From NCBI RefSeq assembly GCF_040904845.1, contig NZ_JBBDSR010000070.1:10475-74474 (forward strand): 64,000 nucleotides of DNA, given 5' to 3'. Both the position numbers and the translations under genes were made by a program. Shown one piece after another: positions 48,996 to 60,725 of this stretch. Source of the stretch: Marinobacter sp. (GTDB lineage Bacteria; Pseudomonadota; Gammaproteobacteria; Pseudomonadales; Oleiphilaceae). The notes under the pieces were generated by a model. It had not been told where the DNA came from and did not search any database. It worked only from the letters and a program-made list of their open reading frames with translations. The first letter of the stretch is position 1, and each line of letters begins with the position of its first letter.

Positions 48996-50690
48996 TTATT
49001 CCTTGTTGGCGTTTTGCTGCTGCATCTGCTCCTTGATGAGATCACCAATGGTGGTCGCACCGGAAGCTGTATCTGCAGTCTTGCTGCGCACGGTTTCAAT
49101 GGCCTGCTTATCGTCCTCGACGTCTTTGGACTTCACAGACAGATTGATCACGCGGTTTTTGCGATCGATGCTGATGATCTTCGCTTCAACTTCTTCGCCT
49201 TCCTTCAGCGCGTTGCGCGCGTCTTCAACGCGGTCACGGCTGATTTCGGAAGCCTTCAGAACAGCTTCAACTTCGTCGTTCAGGGCGATCGTGGCTGCCT
49301 TGGCGTCAACGGCGGATACGGTGCCCTTAACGATGGAGCCCTTGTCATTCAGCTGAACAAACTCGGCGAACGGATCGCTTTCCAGCTGCTTGATACCCAG
49401 GGAGATACGCTCACGCTCGGGATCAACAGACAGGATAACGGTTTCAACTTCGTCGCCCTTCTTGTATTCGCGGACGGCTTCTTCGCCAGTCTCGTTCCAG
49501 CTGATGTCTGACAGGTGAACCAGACCATCGATGCCACCGTCCAGGCCGATGAAGATACCGAAGTCAGTGATTGACTTGATCTTGCCGGAAATACGGTCGC
49601 CTTTGTTGAAGTTGCCGGAGAAGTCTTCCCATGGGTTGGATACACACTGCTTGATACCCAGAGAAATACGACGGCGCTCTTCGTCGATGTCCAGAATCAT
49701 CACGCCCACTTCGTCGCCAACCTGGACAACCTTGGAGGGGTGAATGTTCTTGTTGGTCCAGTCCATTTCGGATACGTGAACCAGGCCTTCAACACCTTCT
49801 TCGAGCTCGGCAAAGCAACCGTAGTCGGTCAGGTTGGTGACACGCGCAGTAACCTTGCTGCCTTCCGGATAGCGACCTTTGATATCAACCCAGGGATCTT
49901 CGCCCAGCTGCTTCAGGCCGAGAGATACGCGGTTACGCTCACGATCGAACTTGAGAACCTTAACGCTGATTTCATCGCCCACGTTCACGATTTCGCTCGG
50001 ATGCTTGATGCGCTTCCAGGCCATATCGGTGATGTGCAGCAGGCCGTCAACACCGCCCAGATCTACGAACGCGCCGTAGTCGGTCAGATTCTTGACGATA
50101 CCCTTGATTTCCATACCTTCGGTCAGGGTTTCCAGCAGAGCTTCACGCTCAGCACTGTTTTCAGCTTCCAGAACGGCGCGGCGGGAAACAACCACGTTGT
50201 TACGCTTCTGGTCCAGCTTGATAACCTTGAATTCCAGCTCTTTGTTCTCCAGGTGCGCGGTATCGCGAACCGGACGAACGTCTACCAGTGAGCCTGGCAG
50301 GAAGGCACGAATGCCGGCCAGATCAACAGTGAAACCACCTTTGACCTTGCCATTAATAATACCCTTGACCACTTCTTCAGCTTCGAAGGACTTCTCGAGT
50401 ACCTTCCAGGCTTCAGCTCGCTTAGCCTTCTCGCGCGACAGACGGGTTTCACCGAAACCGTCTTCCACAGCGTCGAGAGCTACATCGACAACGTCGCCAA
50501 TGGCAACTTCCAACTCGCCTTTTTCGTTCAGGAACTGGGAGGCGGGGATAACGCCTTCGGACTTCAGTCCGGCGTTAACGGTGACCCAGTCGTTGTCGAC
50601 ATCCACTACGGTTCCCTGGACGATGGAACCTGGCTGCATGTCAATTTCTTTTAGGCTTTCTTCAAAAAGATCCGCAAAGCTCTCGCTCAT
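48996..50690 (-). CDS. rpsA: 30S ribosomal protein S1
   Basis: Six S1 repeats with N-terminus [13 protein letters not shown]. Start trimmed from 50798 to ATG 50690. Confidence 0.97.
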   Translation of the reverse strand: MSESFADLFEESLKEIDMQPGSIVQGTVVDVDNDWVTVNAGLKSEGVIPASQFLNEKGELEVAIGDVVDVALDAVEDGFGETRLSREKAKRAEAWKVLEKSFEAEEVVKGIINGKVKGGFTVDLAGIRAFLPGSLVDVRPVRDTAHLENKELEFKVIKLDQKRNNVVVSRRAVLEAENSAEREALLETLTEGMEIKGIVKNLTDYGAFVDLGGVDGLLHITDMAWKRIKHPSEIVNVGDEISVKVLKFDRERNRVSLGLKQLGEDPWVDIKGRYPEGSKVTARVTNLTDYGCFAELEEGVEGLVHVSEMDWTNKNIHPSKVVQVGDEVGVMILDIDEERRRISLGIKQCVSNPWEDFSGNFNKGDRISGKIKSITDFGIFIGLDGGIDGLVHLSDISWNETGEEAVREYKKGDEVETVILSVDPERERISLGIKQLESDPFAEFVQLNDKGSIVKGTVSAVDAKAATIALNDEVEAVLKASEISRDRVEDARNALKEGEEVEAKIISIDRKNRVINLSVKSKDVEDDKQAIETVRSKTADTASGATTIGDLIKEQMQQQNANKE

Positions 50691-50819
50691 TATGAGTCCT
50701 ATATGATCAACGCAAGTATGCTCCGTGCTACCAGCAACACGGTCTGTTAGTAGTTTCCGAAGACAGCCTGTGGCTGGCAGGTAACACTGCTCCGGCATTC
50801 CAACAACAAAAAGGTGTGG

Positions 50820-51500
50820 TCAGGCCTGGCCTGCTACGGCCATACACCTGTCCAACACCTCTTTTATGCTCAAACCTGTAGAATCAATGACTTGCGCATC
50901 ATCCGCCGGTTTGAGCGGGGCTGCAGAGCGATTCATATCCCGCTCATCGCGAACCCGTATCTCTTCTAAAAGGGTGTCAATATTAACATCGACCCCGGCG
51001 TCCTTCAACTGGTTGTATCGTCGGCTTGCCCGCTCCTCGGCACTGGCGGTCAAAAATATTTTGACCGGCGCATCCGGGAACACCACCGTGCCCATGTCGC
51101 GACCGTCTGCGACCAGCCCCGGCGGCTGCTGGAAATCCCGCTGCCGCTGGAGCAGCGCATCCCGGACCGGCTGGATGACCGCAACCCGAGAGGCGTTGTC
51201 CCCCGTGGCTTCGGTGCGGATCTCGACGGTAACATCTTCACCCGCAAGAATCACTTTCACCGGCTCACCGGGCTCAGTCGGCTCAAACGCCACATCAAGG
51301 CTGGCGGCAACGGCTACCAGGCCCGCTTCATTATCCAGAGCCACACCCTGCCTGGTCGCTGCCAATGCGGTCAGCCGGTAAAGCGCACCACTGTCCAGCA
51401 AGTGCCAGCCCAGTTCCCTGGCCAGCATCTGGGTGATCGTACCTTTACCCGAGCCTCCGGGCCCGTCCACGGTAATGACAGGTGTCATACTGAAGGACAT
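50820..51500 (-). CDS. cmk: Cytidylate kinase
   Basis: [14 protein letters not shown]-loop is present. Strong GAAGGAGGGGAG Shine-Dalgarno. Its ATG overlaps the upstream stop (TAATG). Confidence 0.93.
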   Translation of the reverse strand: MSFSMTPVITVDGPGGSGKGTITQMLARELGWHLLDSGALYRLTALAATRQGVALDNEAGLVAVAASLDVAFEPTEPGEPVKVILAGEDVTVEIRTEATGDNASRVAVIQPVRDALLQRQRDFQQPPGLVADGRDMGTVVFPDAPVKIFLTASAEERASRRYNQLKDAGVDVNIDTLLEEIRVRDERDMNRSAAPLKPADDAQVIDSTGLSIKEVLDRCMAVAGQA

Positions 51501-53728
51501 TACTCCCCTCCTTCGGCGCTGATCAGAATACCGGTCTGGCGGGCCAGCGCCACAAAGCCCGGGAACGACGTCGCTACGTTGGCACAGTCGGTCACCTCAA
51601 TGTCACCCGCTGCACGCAGGGAGGCAACAGCAAAAGCCATGGCTATGCGGTGATCGCCATGGCTGTTGACCTTGCCGCCAACGATGGTCTGGCCGCCTTC
51701 AATAATGATGCCGTCAGGGGTAACAGTGGTTTCAACCCCAAGCTCGGCAAGGCCGTCGGCCATGACCTGGATGCGATCACTTTCCTTCACCCGCAGCTCT
51801 TCAGCACCCCGCAACACGGTGGTTCCCTGTGCGCAAACCGCAGCAATAAACAACACCGGAAATTCATCAATCGCCAGAGGTACCTGATCTTCCGGGATAT
51901 CAATGCCCTGAAGCTGTGCAGAGCGTACTTTCAGATCCGCCACCGGCTCACCGCCGATTTCGCGCTCGTCCAGCACGTCGATGTTCGCCCCCATCATTCG
52001 GAGGATATTAATGACCCCGACCCGGGTCGGATTCATGCCCACATGACGGAGGGTCAATTCAGAGCCCGGCGCGATGCTTGCGGCCACCAGGAAGAACGCT
52101 GCCGATGAGATATCGGCAGGCACGTCAATGGCGGTGGAGGTGAGCTTACCGCCACCTGAAACGCTGGCCGTGGCGCTGTCCCGATGCACATGGTAGCCAA
52201 ACCCGGCGAGCATCCTCTCGGTATGATCCCGGGTCGGTGCGGGCTCGGTAACCGAAGTCACACCCTCGGCATACAGACCCGCCAGCAACAGGCAGGACTT
52301 TACCTGCGCAGAGGCGACCGGCATTTCGTAATGAATACCAGTCAGTGGCTGGGCACCCCGGATTTTCAGGGGCGGCCGGCCACCTTCCGCGGTATCGATG
52401 ACAGCACCCATCGCTCGCAGCGGATCTGCAATGCGCCCCATGGGCCGCTTGGCCAAACTGCTGTCGCCGGTGAGCTCGGAATCAAACGACTGAGCCGCAA
52501 GAAGCCCGGAAAACAGGCGCATGGCCGTACCGGAGTTCCCCAGATACAGCGGCCCACGCGGTGGTTGAAGACCGTTCAGCCCGACCCCGTGTATGCGAAC
52601 AAAGCCGTCATCCGGCCCCTCGATGGTGACGCCCATATCGCGGAACGCCTGAAGCGTGGCGAGGCTGTCCTCACCTTCGAGAAAGCCTTTCACTTCGGTG
52701 ACGCCGTCCGCCAGCGCGCCCAGCATAATGGAGCGGTGAGAAATGGACTTGTCACCCGGCACCCGGATATCACCGGTCATGCTGCCACCGGGCTGAAGAC
52801 GGAACGTTACCTGTTTCTGACTGTTATTTGTCACGTAAGCCTGTCCTGAAAGCATTTTTGAAAAATGTTCCCTCGCCGCTTTGGCACGGCTGAAAACTCT
52901 GAGCAGGGTCGCGCTGTCCTGATTGGCAATGGCGGTGCGAAGCTGGTCCAGATCGTGGGTGAAGTGGTCAATGCCTCGCAAAACCGCATCCCGGTTGGAC
53001 AGGAAGATGTCATGCCACATCACCGGATCGCTGGCGGCAATACGGGTGAAATCGCGAAACCCGCCCGCCGCGTAGCGGAAAATATCCAGGTTCTCGTCCT
53101 CACCGGCCAATGTGTCCACCAGCGAAAACGCGATCAGGTGAGGCAAATGGCTGGTCGCCGCCAGCACCTCATCGTGGTAAGCCACGGACATGGTCAGCAC
53201 CGTGGCACCGCAGCCTTCCCAGAGAGATTTGAGGCGGGCCAGATCACCTGCGTCAACGTCATCCCCTGGCGTCAGGATCACCTTGTGACTGGCGAACAGT
53301 TCCGGATTGGCAGCGCGAATGCCACTTTTCTCGGAACCGGCGATGGGGTGTCCGGGAATAACCCGGGGAGACACACCCCCAAAGACGGCGCGAACATCGT
53401 TCACAAAGCTGGTTTTGGTGCTGCCAACATCCGTCAATACGGCATCGGCCGACAGGTGCGGTTTCACAGCCTCCAGCACCTCACGGGTGGCGCGAACCGG
53501 CACCGCCAGAACCACCAGATCACTGCCCGACACGGCCTCCGCGAGAGACGCTGCCGCTTGGTCAATAACGCCCAGCTCTATACCGAGGGAAAGCTCTTCC
53601 TCACGTTTGTCGGTGCCCACCACCGTGCCGGCCAAACCGTTCAGACGCACGGCCTTCGCCAGTGAGCCGCCAATCAGCCCCAGGCCAATAATGGCTACCC
53701 GTTTGAACAATGGCTCAACCGTTAACAC
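51500..53728 (-). CDS. aroA: Bifunctional prephenate dehydrogenase / 3-phosphoshikimate 1-carboxyvinyltransferase
   Basis: N-terminal TyrA Rossmann fold ([10 protein letters not shown]) is fused to EPSP synthase ([18 protein letters not shown]). GTG start. Confidence 0.92.
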   Translation of the reverse strand: MLTVEPLFKRVAIIGLGLIGGSLAKAVRLNGLAGTVVGTDKREEELSLGIELGVIDQAAASLAEAVSGSDLVVLAVPVRATREVLEAVKPHLSADAVLTDVGSTKTSFVNDVRAVFGGVSPRVIPGHPIAGSEKSGIRAANPELFASHKVILTPGDDVDAGDLARLKSLWEGCGATVLTMSVAYHDEVLAATSHLPHLIAFSLVDTLAGEDENLDIFRYAAGGFRDFTRIAASDPVMWHDIFLSNRDAVLRGIDHFTHDLDQLRTAIANQDSATLLRVFSRAKAAREHFSKMLSGQAYVTNNSQKQVTFRLQPGGSMTGDIRVPGDKSISHRSIMLGALADGVTEVKGFLEGEDSLATLQAFRDMGVTIEGPDDGFVRIHGVGLNGLQPPRGPLYLGNSGTAMRLFSGLLAAQSFDSELTGDSSLAKRPMGRIADPLRAMGAVIDTAEGGRPPLKIRGAQPLTGIHYEMPVASAQVKSCLLLAGLYAEGVTSVTEPAPTRDHTERMLAGFGYHVHRDSATASVSGGGKLTSTAIDVPADISSAAFFLVAASIAPGSELTLRHVGMNPTRVGVINILRMMGANIDVLDEREIGGEPVADLKVRSAQLQGIDIPEDQVPLAIDEFPVLFIAAVCAQGTTVLRGAEELRVKESDRIQVMADGLAELGVETTVTPDGIIIEGGQTIVGGKVNSHGDHRIAMAFAVASLRAAGDIEVTDCANVATSFPGFVALARQTGILISAEGGE

Positions 53729-53730
53729 GG

Positions 53731-54855
53731 TTATGCTCCCTGCCCTGAACGACCAAGCGTCTTGGCCAGGGCGTTCAGCAGTTTGGTGTTTTCATGTTCC
53801 AGCCCGATGGACACCCGCAGATGCCGGGGCATGCCGTATCCGGCAACCGGGCGCACAATGACGCCCTGCTCCAGCAGCGACTGGTAAACCGCCATGGCAT
53901 TGTCGCCTACATCCACGGCGATAAAGTTTCCCGCAGAAGGAATGAACGACAGATCCAATTCCCGGAAACCGGCTTCCAACTGCACCATGCCGACAGCGAT
54001 CACTTCACAGGAGCGCTGTAAATAGAGCTCGTCATCGAGCACCGCTGTGGCGGCGGCCAGGGCAACCGTATCGACGTTAAAAGGCTGGCGCACGCGGTTA
54101 AGAATGTCGGCGATCTCAGGCGAACTGAGGCTGTAGCCAACACGCAGCGCTGCCAGCCCCCAGGCCTTGGAGAAGGTGCGGCAAACAATCAGATTGGGGA
54201 ACTGTGACAGCAGCTCAACACCGTCGGCGTAGCCGTCGCCCCGGAGGTATTCACAATAGGCTTCGTCGAGCACCACGAGCACTCGTGCCGGAATTTTTTC
54301 CAGGAACGCCACGATGGCATCCGCACCGTGAACCGTACCGGTGGGGTTATTGGGGTTGGCCACAAACACCAGCTTGGTGCGCTCGGTGACCGCCGCCGCC
54401 ATGGCATCCAGGTCGTGCCCCCAGTCTTTGGCGGGAACAGACACGCCGTTTGCACCAATCGCCTGCGTGACCAGTGGATAGACCGCAAACGCGTACTGGG
54501 AGAACACCACCTCGGAATCGGCGTCGGCAAAACAGCGGGCGATCACCTCCAACACGTCGTTGGAGCCGTTGCCGAGGGTAATCTGAGCCATGTCGACGCC
54601 AAAACGCGCCGCCAGGGCCTGTTTGAGATCAAAGCCGTTGCCATCGGGGTAGAGGCACAGCTCACTCAATGCCTCACGCGCGGCTGCCATCGCCTGCTCA
54701 CTGGGGCCAAGCGGATTCTCATTGCTGGCCAGCTTGACGATATCGGCTGGATTCAAACCCAGTTCGCGGGCAAGTTCGGCAATGGGCTTTCCTGGCTGGT
54801 AAGGCGACAGCGCCTGAACGCCGCTGACCGCCAGGCTTTGGTAATCAATCGTCAT
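53731..54855 (-). CDS. hisC: Histidinol-phosphate aminotransferase
   Basis: LASNENPLGP, DEAY and TFSKAWGLAALRVGY (PLP Lys) are present. ATG 54855 preferred over GTG 54858. Confidence 0.88.
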   Translation of the reverse strand: MTIDYQSLAVSGVQALSPYQPGKPIAELARELGLNPADIVKLASNENPLGPSEQAMAAAREALSELCLYPDGNGFDLKQALAARFGVDMAQITLGNGSNDVLEVIARCFADADSEVVFSQYAFAVYPLVTQAIGANGVSVPAKDWGHDLDAMAAAVTERTKLVFVANPNNPTGTVHGADAIVAFLEKIPARVLVVLDEAYCEYLRGDGYADGVELLSQFPNLIVCRTFSKAWGLAALRVGYSLSSPEIADILNRVRQPFNVDTVALAAATAVLDDELYLQRSCEVIAVGMVQLEAGFRELDLSFIPSAGNFIAVDVGDNAMAVYQSLLEQGVIVRPVAGYGMPRHLRVSIGLEHENTKLLNALAKTLGRSGQGA

Positions 54856-54876
54856 CACACCATCCTGCTAGTCGGC

Positions 54877-55974
54877 TTATAGAACCCCGATCGGGTAGGA
54901 GCCCAACCGTTTCAGTTCCACGGCTTCGTCATCGACTTCCGCCAGCACTTTACGCACCTGATCGCCCTCCATATGACCCTCAAAGTCGATATAGAACACA
55001 TAGGCCCAGGTGCCGCTGGGCGATGGCCGGGTTTCGATCCGGGTCAGGCTGAGGCCATGGCGGTGGAACGGCTCCAGTAACTGATACAGCGCGCCGGGTT
55101 TGTTGCGCATGGACACCAGAATCGAGGACTTGTCGTGGCCACTGGCCGGCACTTCTTCGCGGCCGATGATCAGGAACCGCGTGGTATTGTCCGGGCGATC
55201 CTCAATGCTGGCGACCTCTTTCTCAAGGCCGTACAGCTCGGCGGCCATGTCGCCTGCGATGGCGGCTGCGCCGGGCTCTTCCGCCGCACGACGCGCCGCT
55301 TCAGCGTTGCTGCTGACGGTAATACGCTCAATCCCGTACCGATGCGTATCAAGCCATTGCCGACACTGGGCAAACGACTGCTGGTGCGAGTAGATCCGGG
55401 TAACGTCCTGATCCTTGAAGGCGGGCGACACCAGCAAATGATGATGAATCCGCAACTGCACCTCGCCACAGATTTTCAGGGGCGATGACATGAACATATC
55501 GAGAGTGTGGTTGATCATGCCTTCGGTGGAGTTTTCCACCGGCACCACGCCGTAATGAGCCGCGCCGGACTCCACCTCACGGAACACTGCGTCAATCGCA
55601 GGCAGCGGCACGCTGACCACGGAATGGCCGAAATGCTTCAATGCTGCGGATTGGGTAAAGGTGCCCACCGGGCCCAGGAAGGCAATGTGCATGGGCTTTT
55701 CCAGCGCCAGACAGGCGGACATGATTTCGCGGAACAGCCGCGCCATCTCCTCGCCGGACAGCGGCCCCGGGTTCTGCTCTTTAATACGCCGCAATACCTG
55801 AGCTTCCCGTTCGGGACGGTAAAAGAACACATCCTGATCCGGATTGGCGGTGGTTTTCACGTTGGCCACTTCCTGCGCGCAGGTGGCGCGGGCGCTGATC
55901 AGTTCCATGATTTTCTGATCCAGCTGATCGATCTCTTCCCTCAGCTCTGCGAGGCGGGTCTGTTCATCGGTCAT
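54877..55974 (-). CDS. pheA: Bifunctional chorismate mutase / prephenate dehydratase (P-protein)
   Basis: CM domain (LRE.ID..D..I..L), PDT domain (VPVENSTEG) and ACT domain are present. Confidence 0.93.
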   Translation of the reverse strand: MTDEQTRLAELREEIDQLDQKIMELISARATCAQEVANVKTTANPDQDVFFYRPEREAQVLRRIKEQNPGPLSGEEMARLFREIMSACLALEKPMHIAFLGPVGTFTQSAALKHFGHSVVSVPLPAIDAVFREVESGAAHYGVVPVENSTEGMINHTLDMFMSSPLKICGEVQLRIHHHLLVSPAFKDQDVTRIYSHQQSFAQCRQWLDTHRYGIERITVSSNAEAARRAAEEPGAAAIAGDMAAELYGLEKEVASIEDRPDNTTRFLIIGREEVPASGHDKSSILVSMRNKPGALYQLLEPFHRHGLSLTRIETRPSPSGTWAYVFYIDFEGHMEGDQVRKVLAEVDDEAVELKRLGSYPIGVL

Positions 55975-55976
55975 GA

Positions 55977-57059
55977 TCAGCCACGCTCCCTGGCAAACTC
56001 GGCCATGTAGGCCATCAGCGTGTCGACACCGGCCTCGGGCATAGCGTTGTATAGGCTCGCGCGCATACCGCCGACGGAGCGATGTCCCTTCAGGTTGAGC
56101 AGTCCCCGAGCATCCGCGCCTTTCAGGAACTCATTGTTCAGCCCGTCGTCCCCCAGAGTGAACGGTACGTTCATCCAGGAGCGGAAACGAGGATCAATAG
56201 GATTGGCGTAGAAATCATTGGTATCAATGAAATCATAGAGCTTCCGCGCTTTGCGCAGGTTGGTTTCACCCATGGCCGTGACCCCGCCCTGCGCTTTCAG
56301 CCACTTGAACACCAGCCCCGCCAGGTACCAGGAATAGGTCGCCGGGGTGTTGTACATGGAGGCATTATCGGCGATGACCTGATAATTCATCATTGTCGGA
56401 GTTTCTCTGCGAGCCTTGCCCAGCAAATCTTTGCGGATGATGACCACCACCAGGCCCGACGGCCCGATGTTTTTCTGGGCACCGGCATAGATCAACCCGA
56501 ACTTCGACACGTCCAGCGGACGCGACAGCATGGTGGACGACAGATCCGCCACCAGCGGTACATCGCCGCTGTCGGGTATGAAATCAAACTCCAGCCCACC
56601 AATGGTCTCGTTTGGCGTGTAGTGCAGGTAAGCCGCATCACGTCGGGTGGTCCAGGCGCTTTGGTCCGGAATGGTGGTAAAACCGTCCGCTTCGCTGCTG
56701 CCCGCCACGTTGATGTCACCATAACGGCTGGCTTCTGCAATGGCTTTTTTCGACCAGATACCGGTGTTGATGTAATCCGCGGACGACTTGTCACCCAACA
56801 GGTTCAGAGGGATCGTTGAGAACTGGCTCGAGGCACCACCCTGCATGAAGAGTACGGCGTAATCATCTGAAACTCCGGCCAATTCACGAAGATCTTTTTC
56901 CGCTGTTTCGGCGATTTCCACAAACTCATCACTGCGATGGCTCATTTCCATCACCGACATGCCGGTGCCGCGCCAGTCGAGCATTTCGTCCCGTGCCTGT
57001 TGCAGCACGCTTTCCGGCAAGGTTGCCGGGCCTGCACAAAAGTTATACGCCCTGCTCAT
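55977..57059 (-). CDS. serC: Phosphoserine aminotransferase
   Basis: [16 protein letters not shown]-terminus and the [13 protein letters not shown]-Lys region are present. The start lies inside the last 17 nt of gyrA. Confidence 0.92.
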   Translation of the reverse strand: MSRAYNFCAGPATLPESVLQQARDEMLDWRGTGMSVMEMSHRSDEFVEIAETAEKDLRELAGVSDDYAVLFMQGGASSQFSTIPLNLLGDKSSADYINTGIWSKKAIAEASRYGDINVAGSSEADGFTTIPDQSAWTTRRDAAYLHYTPNETIGGLEFDFIPDSGDVPLVADLSSTMLSRPLDVSKFGLIYAGAQKNIGPSGLVVVIIRKDLLGKARRETPTMMNYQVIADNASMYNTPATYSWYLAGLVFKWLKAQGGVTAMGETNLRKARKLYDFIDTNDFYANPIDPRFRSWMNVPFTLGDDGLNNEFLKGADARGLLNLKGHRSVGGMRASLYNAMPEAGVDTLMAYMAEFARERG

Positions 57060-59634
57060 CGTCCTCACCGCTTATCTCTTCTTCACCGTCTATCTCTTCC
57101 GCGTCGGTCTCAGCAATACGCTCGACGCCTACCAGACGCTCATCTTCCTGGCTCAGCTTGATCAGGCGAACGCCTTGAGTATTCCGGCTCAGTACCGACA
57201 CTTCATCAGTGCGGGTACGTACCAGTGTGCCCTTGTCCGAAATCAGCATCATTTCGTCGCCTTCGAACAACTGCAGCGCTGTCACCAGATTACCGTTACG
57301 CTCTGAGCACTGCATGGCGATAACACCCTGGCTGCCGCGGCTGTAAGTCGGGAACTCGTCGAAAGCCGTGCGCTTGCCGTAACCATTTTCACTGGCGGTA
57401 AGCAGCACGCCGTCTTCCTGCGGAATAATCAACGACACCACATGGTGGCCCGCAGGCATGCGGATACCGCGAACGCCACGGGCGGTGCGGCTCATCGGGC
57501 GCACGGCTTCTTCGTTGAAGCGCACAGCTTTGCCGGCGGTCGAGAACAGCATCACTTCGGCATCGCCCTTGGTGATGGCTGCGCCAATCAGGGTGTCGCC
57601 CTCATCCAGGTTCAGCGCGATCAGACCATTGCTGCGCGGACGGGAAAAGTTCGGCAGAGGCGTCTTCTTGACCACGCCGGCAAAAGTCGCCATCAGTACA
57701 AACTGGTCTTCCGGGTAATCCCGTACTGGCAGGAAGGTGGTGATGCGCTCGCCTTCGTCCAGTGGCAGAATATTCACCATCGGACGGCCACGGGACGCAC
57801 GGCTGGCGCGGGGAATCTCGAATACGCGCAGCCAGTAGACCTTGCCGCGGTTGGAGAAACACAGAATGGTGTCGTGAGAGTTGGCCACCAGCAGTTTCTC
57901 GACGAAATCCTCGTCCTTCATGGACGTAGCGGCCTTGCCCCGGCCACCACGCCGCTGGGCCTGGTAGTCTTCGACCGCCTGGGTCTTGGCGTAACCGCCA
58001 TGGGATATGGTCACTACCAGATCTTCTTCGTCAATCAGGTCGGCGATGGTCAGGTCACGCTGGGAGCTGGTGATTTCGGTACGGCGCTCATCTCCGAATT
58101 CGGACACGACGGCTTCCAGCTCTTCACGGATGACCTGCATGAGACGATCCGGGTCCGCCAGGATTTCCAGCAGGCCGGCGATTTTCTCAAGAATGTCCTT
58201 GTACTCGTTCTGGAGCTTTTCAGTCTCCAGACCGGTCAGACGGTGCAGGCGCATGTCCAGGATGGCCTGAGTCTGCTCGGGCGACATATAGTACAGGCCG
58301 TCACGCAGGCCGTAGATTTCCGGCAGGTCGTCGGGGCGACAGGCATCTTCACCGGCACGCTCCAGCATGGCCAGCACATCGCCCGGAGCCCAGCCCTTCG
58401 ACATCAGCTTCTCTTTCGCTTCCACCGACGTCGGGGAGGCTTTGATCAGCTCGATCATCTCGTCGATGTTGGCCAGGGCGACGGTCAGGCCTTCCAGAAT
58501 ATGGCCACGCTCACGAGCCTTACGCAGCTCATAGAGGGTCCGGCGAGTAACCACTTCACGGCGGTGGCGCACGAACGCGTCGAGCATTTCTTTCAGATTG
58601 AGGATCTTCGGCTCGCCGTTAATCAGCGCTACCATGTTGATACCGAACACGGTCTGCAGCTGGGTGTGAGCGAACAGGTTGTTGACGATCACCTCAGGGT
58701 TTTCACCCCGGCGCAGCTCAATCACCACGCGGATGCCTTCCTTGTTGGATTCGTCACGTAGCTCGGTGATGCCTTCCAGGCGCTTTTCCTTGACCAGTTC
58801 CGCGATCTTCTCGATCAGGCGCGCTTTGTTCAACTGATAAGGCAGCTCGGTAATGATGACGGCGTCACGGTTGGTTTTCTTATCGTGCTCGATCTCGTGG
58901 CGGGCACGAATGTAGATACGGCCACGACCCGTGCGGTAAGCCTCAACAATGCCCGCGCGGCCATTGATAATGCCATCCGTGGGGAAATCCGGGCCGGGAA
59001 TGTATCCCATCAGCTCATCAATGGTCAGATCCGGGTTGTCGATCAGCGCCAGACACCCACTGACCACCTCTGTCAGGTTGTGAGGCGGAATATTCGTAGC
59101 CATACCAACGGCAATACCGGAAGAGCCGTTAACCAGCAGATTCGGTACCCGGGTAGGCATGACCTCGGGAATCCGTTCGGTGCCATCGTAGTTGTCGACG
59201 AAATCGACAGTTTCCTTGTCCAGGTCCGCCAGCAGCGAATGCGCGACCTTCTCCATGCGGATTTCGGTGTAACGCATGGCGGCGGCGTTGTCGCCGTCGA
59301 TGGAACCAAAGTTACCCTGACCATCAACCAGCGGATAACGCAGGGAAAACGGCTGAGCCATACGAACGATGGTGTCGTAGACCGCGGAGTCACCGTGGGG
59401 GTGGTATTTACCGATGACGTCACCGACCACGCGGGCGGACTTCTTGTAAGCCTTGTTCCAGTCATTGTTCAGTTCGGACATGGCGAACAGAACACGACGG
59501 TGAACCGGCTTGAGGCCGTCACGAACATCCGGAAGGGCCCGCCCGACGATGACGCTCATGGCGTAATCGAGGTAGGACTGCTTCAACTCATCTTCAATAT
59601 TTACCGGCAGGATCTCTTTGGCTAACTCACCCAT
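57043..59634 (-). CDS. gyrA: DNA gyrase subunit A
   Basis: Full-length GyrA (AAMRYTE active-site Tyr, beta-pinwheel CTD, acidic tail). QRDR reads [11 protein letters not shown]. Confidence 0.98.
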   Translation of the reverse strand: MGELAKEILPVNIEDELKQSYLDYAMSVIVGRALPDVRDGLKPVHRRVLFAMSELNNDWNKAYKKSARVVGDVIGKYHPHGDSAVYDTIVRMAQPFSLRYPLVDGQGNFGSIDGDNAAAMRYTEIRMEKVAHSLLADLDKETVDFVDNYDGTERIPEVMPTRVPNLLVNGSSGIAVGMATNIPPHNLTEVVSGCLALIDNPDLTIDELMGYIPGPDFPTDGIINGRAGIVEAYRTGRGRIYIRARHEIEHDKKTNRDAVIITELPYQLNKARLIEKIAELVKEKRLEGITELRDESNKEGIRVVIELRRGENPEVIVNNLFAHTQLQTVFGINMVALINGEPKILNLKEMLDAFVRHRREVVTRRTLYELRKARERGHILEGLTVALANIDEMIELIKASPTSVEAKEKLMSKGWAPGDVLAMLERAGEDACRPDDLPEIYGLRDGLYYMSPEQTQAILDMRLHRLTGLETEKLQNEYKDILEKIAGLLEILADPDRLMQVIREELEAVVSEFGDERRTEITSSQRDLTIADLIDEEDLVVTISHGGYAKTQAVEDYQAQRRGGRGKAATSMKDEDFVEKLLVANSHDTILCFSNRGKVYWLRVFEIPRASRASRGRPMVNILPLDEGERITTFLPVRDYPEDQFVLMATFAGVVKKTPLPNFSRPRSNGLIALNLDEGDTLIGAAITKGDAEVMLFSTAGKAVRFNEEAVRPMSRTARGVRGIRMPAGHHVVSLIIPQEDGVLLTASENGYGKRTAFDEFPTYSRGSQGVIAMQCSERNGNLVTALQLFEGDEMMLISDKGTLVRTRTDEVSVLSRNTQGVRLIKLSQEDERLVGVERIAETDAEEIDGEEEISGEDDEQGV

Positions 59635-59760
59635 CGAGAAAGGTTCCTTTGCGTTTGCTGGAAGTCGTTTCAGGGCGTTTTTGCTGCCCCATAGTTATTC
59701 TTTAACAAGCGGCCAATACTAACACAGTCAGCCCCTTAGCGGGGCAATTGCGAACAGGTC

Positions 59761-60615
59761 TTAATCAAAAACCACCGTCTTGTTCTGATAGGTAATCACC
59801 CGATCCTCAATGTGCGACCGCAACCCGCGGGCCAGCACGTTTTTCTCCACGTCTTTGCCCAGGCGCACCATGTCTTCGATGGCATCGCTGTGGGTAATGC
59901 GGATCACGTCCTGTTCTATAATCGGGCCTTCGTCCAGGTCCTGAGTAACATAGTGGCAGGTGGCCCCGATCAGCTTCACACCACGGCTGTAGGCCTGATG
60001 GTATGGGCGCGCACCAGCGAATGATGGCAGGAAGCTGTGGTGAATATTGATCACCTTGCCAGTGTACTTTTCACACAGGGACGCCGGCAGGATCTGCATG
60101 TAACGGGCAAGCACCACCACGTCGGCGTTGTAGCCTTCGATCAGCCCGTCAATTTCGCCAAAGGCTTCGTCGCGGTTATCTGTCGTGGCAGGAATGCAGT
60201 GATACGGTATTTCGTGCCACTCCACCATGCGGCGTAAATCTTCATGGTTGGAAATCACTGCCACAATCTCGGCGTTGATCTCGCGGCTGTGCCAGCGGTG
60301 CAGCAGGTCGGCCACGCAATGGGATTCCTTGCTGCACATCAGGATCACTTTCTTGGGCTGGGCGGAATCGGCTACGTGCCAGTCCATGTCAAATTCACGG
60401 GCAATCGGGTCGAACGCCGCACGAAACTGATCCAGGCCGAAGGGAATCGAACTGGCCTTGATCTCGTGGCGCATGAAAAAACGGCCCGAGTGGGTATCGG
60501 AATGGTGACTCGCCTCGGTAATCCAGCCATTGTAGGTGGACAGGAAATTGCTCACCTTGGCGACAATTCCAACCCGGTCCGGGCAGGAAATCACAAGACG
60601 ATAGGTATGCTCCAT
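59761..60615 (-). CDS. purU: Formyltetrahydrofolate deformylase
   Basis: N-terminal ACT domain (CPDRVGIVA) plus formyltransferase core (INIHHSFLP). Confidence 0.92.
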   Translation of the reverse strand: MEHTYRLVISCPDRVGIVAKVSNFLSTYNGWITEASHHSDTHSGRFFMRHEIKASSIPFGLDQFRAAFDPIAREFDMDWHVADSAQPKKVILMCSKESHCVADLLHRWHSREINAEIVAVISNHEDLRRMVEWHEIPYHCIPATTDNRDEAFGEIDGLIEGYNADVVVLARYMQILPASLCEKYTGKVINIHHSFLPSFAGARPYHQAYSRGVKLIGATCHYVTQDLDEGPIIEQDVIRITHSDAIEDMVRLGKDVEKNVLARGLRSHIEDRVITYQNKTVVFD

Positions 60616-60725
60616 GAAAGCCTTTCCTTAGTTCTGATCCGGGGAAAGCGGGGGCGAAGGTTCACACCCGTAAAAATGACCGGCTATCATAGCCTATCTC
60701 AACGCCAGAAACGAGGAACAGGCAC

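Noticed and set aside
59330-59420. GyrA quinolone-resistance-determining region.
   Set aside because: It reads [11 protein letters not shown], the wild-type Ser83/Asp87 equivalent, so no resistance substitution is present.
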